Numbered from the stretch's first letter, positions 18,951-28,785 are shown. The stretch: 64,000 nucleotides of DNA from Treponema sp. (GCA_038397965.1 JARGFA010000017.1:50959-114958); one strand, 5' to 3'. Program-made: numbers and translations. Notes: generated by a model not told the origin, from the letters alone.

Positions 18951-20155
18951 TTTACGGCCGCCTGTAAAAATCTCCGGCAGGTATTGCGTACACGAAGCGC
19001 AACTTCTTCCTCAGATGAAGCTGCCGGAATACACGTGGGCTTTCCGTCTACGTTGTCAATTTCACTGGGGCGTGCACCATACCACAGATGCATATGTAAG
19101 GGCTTACCGCCGGGCTGCGTCATAGATATGAAGGCGAATTTCCCTGCCTTGGCGCGGTCGGCAGCAGTAAAGGCTTTCAGTGTGGGTTTCAGTTTATTTG
19201 CTCCGTCCTGCTTATAGGCAAGCCGTAACAGTTCTGTGCTGCCCTTCCAAACCGTTAATTCGTTTTTATCATCTTCAGCAGTAAATTCAAGATGCGTAAA
19301 GTCTGCAGCTGTTCCGTATGCCTTTTTTGCAAGTGCAATGATGTCTTGTTTTGTAAAGTCCATACCGTCTTTCTTTCCGGCAAATTCTTTAATAAGCTCC
19401 TCATACACTTTTTGTACGGCAGGGCGGGGGTCCTCATAAATCAAAGCGGTATTAATCCATTTCCCTTTGTACGGGGCAAAAGGTTCTGCCGGAAACATAG
19501 CGGCGACTGCCGGGATGGATTTTTCAAATTCTTTGGTTAAATCCTCTTTTGTCATCGAAGCATCGGTGTATGTCGGCCACCACATTGGATCGCCGTTTAC
19601 TAAAGATGGAATATCCTTTGCACCGAACCGTGCATGCCAGTGCAATAAACCTTCCGGAGTATCACGGTGCGGGGGAAATGCGATGAGATATTGCGCGTGT
19701 GCAAGACCGCGGACAGCTTTTACCGCTTCAAAGGTATGCCAAAAATATCCGTCAAATCCGGGGATGGGTACATCGCCCTTATAACGGTATTCACAGGGAA
19801 TATCTTTTTCATTGCCGTCTGCATCGGCTACCGTAAGTAGTACCGTATTCGAACCGTCAAATTTTAGTCTTACGATTGGTGTTGAATACATATTTGCAAC
19901 CGCTGCCTTAAAACCGTCCGCCGTATAGTTCGGCAATTTTTCTGCGGTTGTTTTATAGGCTTCATTTAAAGCAGTTGCACTGCTTACTGCATTAAATGAC
20001 TGCCATTCACCTTTCCATGCGGCCAAACTGTCGATTTTGCTTTTTGCCGCTTTGGTATCGGCGTTTTTTGACGGTGCACTTGCACAGCCTGCCAATAAGG
20101 CAAAAAGCACGAGTATGGATGTCCATACTTTAAAAATACTTTTTCGGGTTTTCAT
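18947..20155 (-). CDS. ZinT/AdcA-type metal-binding lipoprotein with two ZinT-like domains
   Basis: LAGC lipobox; repeated WKGEWQS / YKGKWIN domain starts; HWHARFG / HMHLWYG His motifs; AGGAGG RBS. Confidence 0.75.
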   Translation of the reverse strand: MKTRKSIFKVWTSILVLFALLAGCASAPSKNADTKAAKSKIDSLAAWKGEWQSFNAVSSATALNEAYKTTAEKLPNYTADGFKAAVANMYSTPIVRLKFDGSNTVLLTVADADGNEKDIPCEYRYKGDVPIPGFDGYFWHTFEAVKAVRGLAHAQYLIAFPPHRDTPEGLLHWHARFGAKDIPSLVNGDPMWWPTYTDASMTKEDLTKEFEKSIPAVAAMFPAEPFAPYKGKWINTALIYEDPRPAVQKVYEELIKEFAGKKDGMDFTKQDIIALAKKAYGTAADFTHLEFTAEDDKNELTVWKGSTELLRLAYKQDGANKLKPTLKAFTAADRAKAGKFAFISMTQPGGKPLHMHLWYGARPSEIDNVDGKPTCIPAASSEEEVALRVRNTCRRFLQAAVK

Positions 20156-20254
20156 TACAACCTCCTAATGTTATTCTATACTGACAAATTTTTAATAATT
20201 TGTCAACCTAAGCAAACTATTTTCTATGAAAGTGAGGTTGTTTAATAGGAATAG

Positions 20255-20285
20255 ACCTGTCCGGCAATGGCAGTATCGAACAGGC
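20255..20285. repeat. REP-like hairpin, copy A
   Basis: acctgtccggcaat-ggca-gtatcgaacaggc; similar to copies at 44375, 58939 and 58988. Confidence 0.55.
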
Positions 20286-20309
20286 CTATTATTAAGCACA
20301 GGAGCCTGT

Positions 20310-22407
20310 TTACACTTTGAAGTTACTGACCTCTGTGCTTAAGCGCTGGATATTCCGTTTGTTTTTGAGGGTAATGCTGTTGACTTCATCAATAGCAGAG
20401 TTGATTTGAACGGCTCCTGCCGCTATTTCATTCATCGTGTTTGCGATCATGCGGGTGAGGTTATCAAGTGTCTGCATTTCGTTTGCCACTTCCTCGCCGC
20501 CTTTCAGCATCTCTGCGGAGCCGGACTGTACTTCACCGGTTACCATATTGATGGCCTTCATTGCCTGAAGCACCTCACGGCTGCCTTTTTCCTGTTCTTT
20601 CATAACCTCAGTCAGATGCGTACTCATTTGCTTAACCTGTTCGGATAGCTTAAAAATAGCGGTAAATTTTTCCTCAGCTATTTTTGCCGAATCCGATAGT
20701 ATTTAAATTTCACCGCTGAGGATTTTGAGGGTTGCAGTGATCGCCTTTCCTTGCATACTTGATTCTTCGGCAAGTTTACGGATTTCATCTGCAACAACGG
20801 CAAAGCCCTTACCGGTTTCCCCTGCGTGTGCGGCTTCAATTGCGGCATTCATTGCGAGAAGGTTCGTTTGGCTTGCTATGTGCTGGATAACACTGGACGC
20901 CTCAAGTAGACTGCCGGATTCTTCCGCTATTTTTTGAGTTACAGTATTTGAGTTAATAATTGTTTCTTTACCGTCTGCTGTTGCATCGGCAAGTGTTTTT
21001 ATAACTCCATCCGTTTTTTCGAGGGTTTGTGTAATCGAGCCGATATTGGCAGTCATTTGTTCTATCGCAGAAGAAGATACCAGTACGCTTTCTGCCTGAT
21101 TTTCAATATTTTCGTTCAGCTGTTTAATTGTGCGGATAATTTCTTCCATGGTTGCTGCCGTTTCGGTAACGCTGGTACTTTGTGTGGCGGTTTGCTGTTT
21201 TACCCCGTCCACATTTGCACTGATTTGCCGGATGGCAGCCGCTGTTTCTTCCATATTGCGGGCCAGTTCTTCCCCAGTTTGCTGCATTTCAGTGCTGCTT
21301 TTTTCGACCGATTTAATCGATTTTCCGATTTTTTTGATTGTTTCATTAAAGTATTCCGATAATTCCGTGACTTCATCATTACCGGTTACAGGTAGTCTAA
21401 CGGTTAAATCTCCTTCACCCTGAGCAATATCCTTTAATGCATTTACTGCGGTTTTGATAGGGCCGATGAATTTTTGTGCAACGATATAAATGCTGATGAT
21501 TGAGATAGCAAGTAAAACCGCACCCAAAATAAACAGATTAATCCGCAGCTGTTGTACCGTATACATAAATTCATGAATCGGAGCGCTGACAACAACTATC
21601 CAACCGGATGTTTGTATTTTTGCGTAGGCAGCGATTTTTGTTATACCGCCGTATGTATAACGGCCTATTTTAGTGTTCGTACTTTCCAAGGCATCTTTTT
21701 CAAATTTTGCCAGTGATTTAAATAACGGATCCTCAAGGCCTTTTTGTTGTGCATTTTCCTGTTTTACTACTCGTGAGTAATCAGGATGTGCAATATTGTT
21801 TCCGGTTAAGCCGATGATATAGCAGTAACCGGTTTCTCCGACGACAATGTCTTCGATGTACTGTGATAATAGGCTGCCCTTTGTGTCGGCGGCTAACACA
21901 CCGATAATACGCTGCATATCATCATAAATGGGAACTGCAAAGGTTATCATAACTTCTTGATTTTCACCTTTTGAAACGACCGGTTCGGATACGAAGTTTT
22001 TTCCCGCACGTGCGGTATTAAACCAAGCTCTGTCGGTTACTGAGACCTGGAAGCCGGTGCGGGTATAACAGATACCGTTTAAATCGGCGATGACAAATTC
22101 TACAATATCGGTAGTAAATGCTGTCTCTTTTTGCAGTATTGCCAGCTGTTCAAGCCGTGAAAGTTCAGGGGTACGGAGCTGCGGCATCCGGGCAATGCCT
22201 TCTATAATTTTAAAAAAAGATGTAACTCTTGCATCAATTAGACTTGCAACATCCCGTGCCTTATTCGTCAGGTGCAGCTCTATTTTTTCGGTTACCGCGA
22301 GACGGGCGGTACGTGCTGCAAAAACACCCTGAATAAGATTCCATGTAAAAATCAATAATCCGAAAATTAATAATAATTTGCTGCGCATCGAAAAGTGTTT
22401 TTTTCAT
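20310..22407 (-). pseudogene. Methyl-accepting chemotaxis protein (Cache-HAMP-MCP) with an internal nonsense codon
   Basis: [33 protein letters not shown] hairpin tip; TAA at 20703-20705 is in frame with the downstream 105-aa ORF (LSGEI*ILSDSAKIAEEKF); the RBS-linked ATG22407 is also off by +1 in an A7 run. Confidence 0.85.
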
Positions 22408-22530
22408 CCCTTCGCTCCTTAACGGGGATCGGCGAAATCTTTTGAGCCGGGCATCCCCGTATATTTTTACAGAACAGATGAATATATTGTATAGCAGCAG
22501 CGCACTTTCGGCAAGATTGCTCTGAGACTT

Positions 22531-23415
22531 TTATAGTTCTGCTATATCTATCTTTGGCTTAACCTGCACCGGCGGTGCGGATTTTTCTTTCATGTAAATG
22601 TCGATTTGCTGGAAAGGAATGTCTATACCTTCTTTCAGCAGCCGCTCATTTACTTCAATAAAAATGGAATTGCGTAAATTGCCGAAATCTTCTATCTTTG
22701 TCCATGAATGGAGCGTGACATTAATACCTGAATGTCCGAATGCTGTCCAGAGTACGGACGGCGCCGGATCATCGACAACAAAGGGATTTTTTCTTGCGGT
22801 ATCCAGCAGTACGGATTCTACAAAGCGTAAATCTGCGCCGTACGGTACTGAAAGCTCTGTTTTTACTCTCCGGTAGGGGAAGTGCGAATAATTGATTAAA
22901 TTTGCTTTAATGATAGTTTCATTGGGAACACGTACGTATTGATTATCAAAGGTACGCAGGACAACTGATAATAAGTTAATTGATTGTACCGTGCCGATGG
23001 TGCCGCTGATTTCAATAACATCATTGATTTTAAAGGCTCGTTCGGTAATAACGAATAAACCGGAAATAACATTTGATACTGATGTTTGTGCTGCAAAACC
23101 GATAGCAATACCGGCAATGCCTGCTGCCCCTAAGATTGCGCTGATATTAATGCCGAGCCGATGAAAGATTGTAAGGATAATAACTACATAAGAAATATTG
23201 TGAATGGCTTTGTTAATAATATGCTGTGCTTGTACTGAGCATTTTTTTACAGTGATTTTTCTAATAATACGCGCTAGTATTTTGAAAAAGATATAGATAA
23301 CGAATAATGCAAAAAGAAGCTGTAAAATATTCCAGACTTTTTCCGCATCAAATTCGCTTTTTACCGTTTTAAACGGACTCAGCATAAGTTCAGCTAATTG
23401 CGATATATTGTTCAT
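22531..23415 (-). CDS. mscS: Small-conductance mechanosensitive channel MscS
   Basis: GAAGIAGIAIGFAAQTSVSNVISG and VRVPNE motifs; start moved to ATG23415. Confidence 0.9.
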   Translation of the reverse strand: MNNISQLAELMLSPFKTVKSEFDAEKVWNILQLLFALFVIYIFFKILARIIRKITVKKCSVQAQHIINKAIHNISYVVIILTIFHRLGINISAILGAAGIAGIAIGFAAQTSVSNVISGLFVITERAFKINDVIEISGTIGTVQSINLLSVVLRTFDNQYVRVPNETIIKANLINYSHFPYRRVKTELSVPYGADLRFVESVLLDTARKNPFVVDDPAPSVLWTAFGHSGINVTLHSWTKIEDFGNLRNSIFIEVNERLLKEGIDIPFQQIDIYMKEKSAPPVQVKPKIDIAEL

Positions 23416-23469
23416 TGCCGGACTATAGCACAGCCTTTGAAAAAAGAATAGAGGCATCATATAGTTTGA

Positions 23470-23625
23470 AAACTGGCCGAAAAAGCGGCCGGGCTTGGTT
23501 TGTACCTTGCAAAGGAAATTGCCCCAAAAATTAATTGTACCCTTACAATCAGTTCAGAGTACGGTAAGGGAACACGTGCAGTTATCGGATTTAAAACCAA
23601 TATTTTCGACTATAATAGAAATTAA
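23470..23625 (+). pseudogene. Remnant 3' end of a sensor histidine kinase (HATPase_c G2 box)
   Basis: Unannotated frame reads KLAEKAAGLGLYLAKEIAPKINCTLTISSEYGKGTRAVIGFK...*; no start codon, TGA at 23467. Confidence 0.7.
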
Positions 23626-23667
23626 TAATATTTTTATTTATTTTATCGTTTATATAAGAAATGTTAA

Positions 23668-23696
23668 TTGACTTTAGAAAATATTTCGATTATAGT
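23668..23696 (+). promoter_or_regulatory. sigma70 promoter of the AAA gene, -10 covered by a palindrome
   Basis: TTGACT-17 bp-TATAGT; TTTCGATTATAGTCGAAA at 23684-23701. Confidence 0.7.
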
Positions 23697-23723
23697 CGAA
23701 ACTAGAGGAGGAGAGAAAGTAAC

Positions 23724-24932
23724 ATGGACTACATTACAAGGCCCCGCTATATTGAAAAAATACATCCTTTTCTCGATAAACCGGTGATTAAGGTGCTGAC
23801 CGGAATGCGGAGGGTTGGAAAGTCAACAATTTTGACTATCATAAAAAATGAACTGCTCAGCTGCATCCCCGAAACACATAAGGTTTACCTCAATTTTGAA
23901 TCTCTTGATCTGTTTTCTGTAAAAACGGCAGAATCATTGATTGCTTATTTAAAACCGCTGCTTGCTGCTATTCAGGGAAAAATCTATTTTTTCTTTGACG
24001 AAATACAGCTTGTGGAAAACTGGGAACGGGTTATCAATGGGCTCCGGCTCGACACAGACTGTGATATTTATATAACGGGTTCCAATTCAACCTTAATTTC
24101 AGGAGATCTTGCAACCCTTTTGGCAGGAAGATATGTCGAATTTGAAATTCAGCCGTTCACGTTCGGGGAGTTCATACAATTTTTTGAAGACACGGACATC
24201 ACAATCGAAGAGTTGTTTTCAAAGTTCATTACACAGGGCGGAATGCCGTTTTTAAAATATTTTCATTTGGAAGATGCGCCCGTCGTTAAGTATTTGAATG
24301 ATGTGTATAACACCGTATTGGTGAAAGACGTACTGCAATATAACAATATACGGGATGTCGATATATTCAATCGTATTTTAGATTATGTTATCGAAAATAT
24401 CGGTCATACCTTTTCGGCTAACAGTATTAAAAATTATTTTAAAAGTGAAAACAGGGCCGTATCGGCCGATACTGTGTTAAATTACCTTGAGTATTGCAGC
24501 CGGGCGTTTATCATAAAAAAAGTCCCCCGTTATGATACGGTAGGAAAGAAAGTACTGAAAATTGATGAAAAATATTATGTAACCGATCACGGCTTCCGGC
24601 AGGCGCGCGGATTTTCAAATACAAAAGATATTGAACGGGTGCTTGAAAATATTGTGTATATTGAACTACGCTCGCGGGGATATACGGTTACAATAGGGAA
24701 AATAAAAGACAAAGAAATTGATTTTATTGCACAAAAAGAAACGGAACTGCAGTACTATCAGGTGGCGTACACAGTAGGAGATGCTCAAACGCGGGAGCGT
24801 GAGTTCGGTATTTATCAGCTGATAAAAGACAATTTTCCCAAATATGTGCTTTCGATGGATAGGATTGATTTTAGTCAAAATGGCATTATCCACAAAAATA
24901 TCATGGATTTTCTGTTGGAAGAAGAGGAGTAG
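23724..24932 (+). CDS. AAA_14 + DUF4143 ATP-binding protein
   Basis: GMRRVGKS Walker A, FFDEIQ Walker B, TGSNS, YYVTDHGF, ENIVYIEL and EIDFIA...YYQV motifs; strong RBS. Confidence 0.88.
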   Translation: MDYITRPRYIEKIHPFLDKPVIKVLTGMRRVGKSTILTIIKNELLSCIPETHKVYLNFESLDLFSVKTAESLIAYLKPLLAAIQGKIYFFFDEIQLVENWERVINGLRLDTDCDIYITGSNSTLISGDLATLLAGRYVEFEIQPFTFGEFIQFFEDTDITIEELFSKFITQGGMPFLKYFHLEDAPVVKYLNDVYNTVLVKDVLQYNNIRDVDIFNRILDYVIENIGHTFSANSIKNYFKSENRAVSADTVLNYLEYCSRAFIIKKVPRYDTVGKKVLKIDEKYYVTDHGFRQARGFSNTKDIERVLENIVYIELRSRGYTVTIGKIKDKEIDFIAQKETELQYYQVAYTVGDAQTREREFGIYQLIKDNFPKYVLSMDRIDFSQNGIIHKNIMDFLLEEEE

Positions 24933-25166
24933 GCATCGGTAAAAATATAAACGGCTTTTTTGTACCCCGCTGCTATTTTTATATTGTATCAACTGTCTTT
25001 CCCTTTACTTCAATCTTTCTTGGTATCATCTTCCAACCACCGCTTGATCCCCCTTAGTCAATAGAAAAACAAGAAGAATAATAGATTAATAGTTCAGTTG
25101 CAAGACTTGTTGAACTATGTTATGGTTGTTTCCTTAAAAACAGATCGTAGGAGGACTTGACATACT

Positions 25167-26401
25167 ATGGCTGATACAGAAAAATTCAGCAATTCAGCAA
25201 TTCAGCAATTCAGCAATGGCCGTTTCATAGGATATTGCTGGTATTAGATCAATACGATGGAAAAAATAACGGGACAACGATTACCGCGTGCCGTTTAGCA
25301 GACGGATTGCGGACACTAGGATATGAGGTCAAGGTTGTCAGCACCGGTAAACAGAGTACAGAAAAGTTCCGGGTGCCTGAACTTTGGCTGCCTCCGCTGA
25401 TAAAACCGCTTATTCAAGCACAAGGTATGCAATTTGCACTGCCGCAGAAAAAAATACTATATGAAGCAATACAGTGGGCAGATATTGTGCACTTCGTTAT
25501 GCCTTTTTTCCTCTCTATTCAAGCACTTAAAATAGCACAAAAGTTAGGCGTTCCCCATACAGCAGCTTTTCATGTACAACCGCAGAATATTACCTATTCC
25601 ATCGGTCTTGGAACTGTTCCAATTGCAAATGAATATCTATACCATATTATGCGGGAGCGTTTTTTTAAACATTTTCGGCATATTCATTGTCCGAGCCGTT
25701 TTATAGCGAATCAGCTTAAAGAGCGGGGATATACTGCTGAACTACATATTATTTCTAATGGCGTTGCACCGGAATTTGTATATACTAAAACAGAAAAACC
25801 GGCTGAACTGTACGGACGATTTATTATAGTAATGATAGGCAGACTGTCAAAAGAAAAGCGTCAGGATGTATTAATCAAAGCTGTTCGTCTTTCACGGTAT
25901 GCTGATAGTATTCAACTGATTTTTGCCGGAAAAGGGCCGCTTAAAAAGAGGTATGAAACTGAATCTGCCGAGCTTACACATAAACCAATTTTTACGTTTT
26001 GCGGACAAGAGGAATTAATCCGTATTCTCTCATATACTGACCTATATGTTCATACTGCGGATGTCGAAATAGAAGCTATTTCTTGTCTTGAAGCCCTTTC
26101 ATGTGGACTCGTACCGATTATTGCCGACAGTAGTCAATCTGCGACCCCGCAATTTGTTCTTGATAATCGAAGTCTTTTTACGGCAGGCAGCCCTGAAGCT
26201 CTTGCAGAAAAAATTGATTATTGGTTGGATCATCCTGAAGAACGAAAAAAACAAGAGTATGCCTATGCTGAACACGGTAAACACTTTTCACATGAAAGCT
26301 GTGTACAAAAAATGGTGGAAATGTTTCATGCGGAGGTAAGCAGTTCACATAAACAGCAGTCTATGCGGATAGCCGGAAAAAAGGATACCATGCCTGAATA
26401 G
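25167..26401 (+). CDS. GT4-family glycosyltransferase, frameshifted within the tandem repeat (likely phase-variable)
   Basis: GT-B motifs (NNGT, HCPS, ISNGV, GRLSKEKRQD, EAISCLEA); AGGAGG at 25149 and ATG25167 are in frame with the main ORF only with 3 or 6 repeat units. Confidence 0.85.
25183..25217 (+). repeat. Octanucleotide tandem repeat (AATTCAGC)x4 + AAT
   Basis: Read directly; lies 16 nt after the RBS-linked ATG25167. Confidence 0.95.
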
Positions 26402-26493
26402 ATATACTGCATTGTGTACTCAAGTGAAAAACGGTATAGTTATGCGGACAGTGAGGCGTTGCCGGGCTGCCCCAGTTGTTTCAAGGAGCTGAT

Positions 26494-27114
26494 ATGATAA
26501 AAGCATTGATTTTAGACTATGGTAATGTGATTTCGAAGCCGGGTATTGAAGATTCTGCGGCAGTGATGGAAAAAGAAACCGGTATTCCCGCCTCCATTTT
26601 TAAGAATGTATATAGTAGCCGCCGTGAAGGTTTTGATAGAGGAACACTCAGCGGTGAGGATATGTACCGCTTTCTTTTAGAAGATTACGGGTATCACAAA
26701 GAGGCACAGGATGCCGCACTGTTAGCTCAGCTTGTGCGGATTGATTTGGCTCATTGGCGGCCCTTAGAAGAAGCGGTTTGCACCTGGGCTATCTCAGTCC
26801 GGCAGGAAGGGTTTAAGCTGGGTATCCTGTCGAATATGCCGACACAATTTTTGGATTTATATGAAAAAGAAATACCCCCGTTTTGTGCAGCTGACTATTG
26901 CTGCTTTTCGTGCCGGGTGAAATTGATAAAACCTGAACCTGCAATCTATCATGCCTGTCTTGAGGGACTTCGGGTTGCACCTGGTGAAGCGGTGTTTTTT
27001 GATGATCTTGCAGAAAATATTACCGCAGCAAGGGATGTAGGCCTTCACGCCTTTGTGTGGGAAGGATTGGAAAAGGCAAAGCAGGATTGGCAGGCTTGTC
27101 TTGCCCGGGGGTAA
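26494..27114 (+). CDS. HAD-family hydrolase
   Basis: LILDYGNV motif I, ILSN, KPEPAIY and FFDD; AAGGAG before ATG26494. Confidence 0.88.
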   Translation: MIKALILDYGNVISKPGIEDSAAVMEKETGIPASIFKNVYSSRREGFDRGTLSGEDMYRFLLEDYGYHKEAQDAALLAQLVRIDLAHWRPLEEAVCTWAISVRQEGFKLGILSNMPTQFLDLYEKEIPPFCAADYCCFSCRVKLIKPEPAIYHACLEGLRVAPGEAVFFDDLAENITAARDVGLHAFVWEGLEKAKQDWQACLARG

Positions 27115-27185
27115 GACTGCATTCCCCGCCGGTGTATGCAAAACAGTCTTGTTTTTTTGCAGACGCTTTCTTATACTGATACGGT

Positions 27186-27771
27186 ATGGAACCCCTTATT
27201 CTTGCATCCAAGTCGCCGCAGCGGCAGGAGATTCTAAAACGCCTCAACATACCCTTTATCAGTATTCCTTCAGAAACGGATGAAACCATTGTGGAAGGAC
27301 TTTCTCCTGAAGAAACGGTGGAGCAGATTGCAATAAAAAAAACGGAAGCTATTTTGCGCTCTCCGTTAAAGATTAATACACCATGGATTATTGCTGCCGA
27401 TACGCTCATTTTTTGTGAAGGCAGACCGATGGGCAAACCCGCTGATGCAGAGGCTGCCCGCGATATGCTGCAATCGTACTCCAATACCTCGCATCGGGTT
27501 ATCACTGCTCTTTGCTGCTATGATGATAAGCTGCAGCATATTTCAACGCGCACCAGTGTATCCACGGTTTTTTTTAAAGAGCTGTCCCAAGAGGAGATCA
27601 GCTGGTATCTGAGCTTCGGGGAGTGGCAGGGGGGCTGCAGGGGGCTACCGGGTACAGGGCAGAGCAGCCTGCTTTATAACAAGAATAGAAGGATCATACA
27701 GCGGAATAGTGGGCTTGCCTATTTATGAGTTATATGATATTTTGACCGAGCATGGCTACTGTTTTACCTAG
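27186..27771 (+). pseudogene. maf: Maf-family nucleoside triphosphate pyrophosphatase with a +1 frameshift in a G6 run
   Basis: LILASKSPQR and IIAADT motifs; removing one G at 27629-27634 restores [11 protein letters not shown]...[12 protein letters not shown], ending at TAG27769-27771. Confidence 0.85.
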
Positions 27772-27883
27772 AGAAAGATGTTTTTTCGGTAAAACAGCAG
27801 TCTATGTAATCATCCTAAAATGCGCTGCATTTTTAGAGAAACAGAGAAGGATGAGCTTTATAAAGCTCGTGAAGGAGTAACAC

Positions 27884-28768
27884 ATGGCAGTAGTAACCAT
27901 GAAAAACCTGCTTGAATCCGGCGTTCACTTCGGACATCAGGTAAAGCGCTGGGATCCGCGGATGAAAAAGTATATTTTTGCGGAGCGGAATGGTATTCAC
28001 ATTATTGACCTGCAAAAAACAATTACGGCAATCCGTGAAGCGTATGACGCAGTCCGTAAGACAACCGCAGCCGGAAAATCCGTTTTGTTTGTCGGAACCA
28101 AAAAACAAGCACAGCAGACCATTACAAAAGAAGCAGAACGCTGCGGAATGTTTTATGTAAACAACCGCTGGCTCGGAGGAATGCTTACCAACTTTTCTAC
28201 CATTAAAAAAAGCCTTGCTCGTCTTAAGAAGATTGAAAAGATGGAGAATGACGGTACCTTTGACAGCCTAACCAAAAAGGAAGTTGCCGTTCTGCAAAAA
28301 GAAAAAGCCAAACTTGAAAAAAACCTCGGCGGAATCAAAGAAATGAAGGATTTACCGGGGATTATTTTTATCATCGACACCCGTAAAGAAACAATCGCCA
28401 TCAGCGAAGCCCGCCGTATGGGTATTCCGATAGTCGCTGTTGTGGATACCAACTGCAATCCTGAAGGTATTGACTATCCGATTCCCGGTAACGACGATGC
28501 GATCCGGTCTATTTCTCTGTTTACGCAGATTATCGCAAATGCCGTCATCGAAGCCGATAATGAAAGCGGTCTTAAGATTATTGAAAATCTTCAAGACGGT
28601 GATGAAGGCTTTAATGATGCTGCTATCGATCCCTATCAAGACCGTGAAGATGAAGAAATTACCGATTATTCAAATTATACGCCGACTGAAAAAGCCGAAG
28701 AAAATGACGATGCCGATGACAGCAGCAGTTCTTTGATTGATGAAGATGCGCTGTATGGTGATAACTAA
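27884..28768 (+). CDS. rpsB: 30S ribosomal protein S2
   Basis: [11 protein letters not shown] and GNDDAIRS motifs, acidic tail. Confidence 0.98.
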   Translation: MAVVTMKNLLESGVHFGHQVKRWDPRMKKYIFAERNGIHIIDLQKTITAIREAYDAVRKTTAAGKSVLFVGTKKQAQQTITKEAERCGMFYVNNRWLGGMLTNFSTIKKSLARLKKIEKMENDGTFDSLTKKEVAVLQKEKAKLEKNLGGIKEMKDLPGIIFIIDTRKETIAISEARRMGIPIVAVVDTNCNPEGIDYPIPGNDDAIRSISLFTQIIANAVIEADNESGLKIIENLQDGDEGFNDAAIDPYQDREDEEITDYSNYTPTEKAEENDDADDSSSSLIDEDALYGDN

Positions 28769-28785
28769 GAATGTAAGGAGATACC

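Noticed and set aside
24933-25140. Short minus-strand frames and an 8-bp inverted repeat ATAGTTCA/TGAACTAT (25089-25118) upstream of the glycosyltransferase
   Set aside because: No recognisable protein motif; a single 8-bp repeat in AT-rich DNA is too weak to call an operator.
25183-25217. Considered the tandem repeat and the hairpin families as possible CRISPR repeats
   Set aside because: No spacers, no regular repeat-spacer periodicity and no cas genes.
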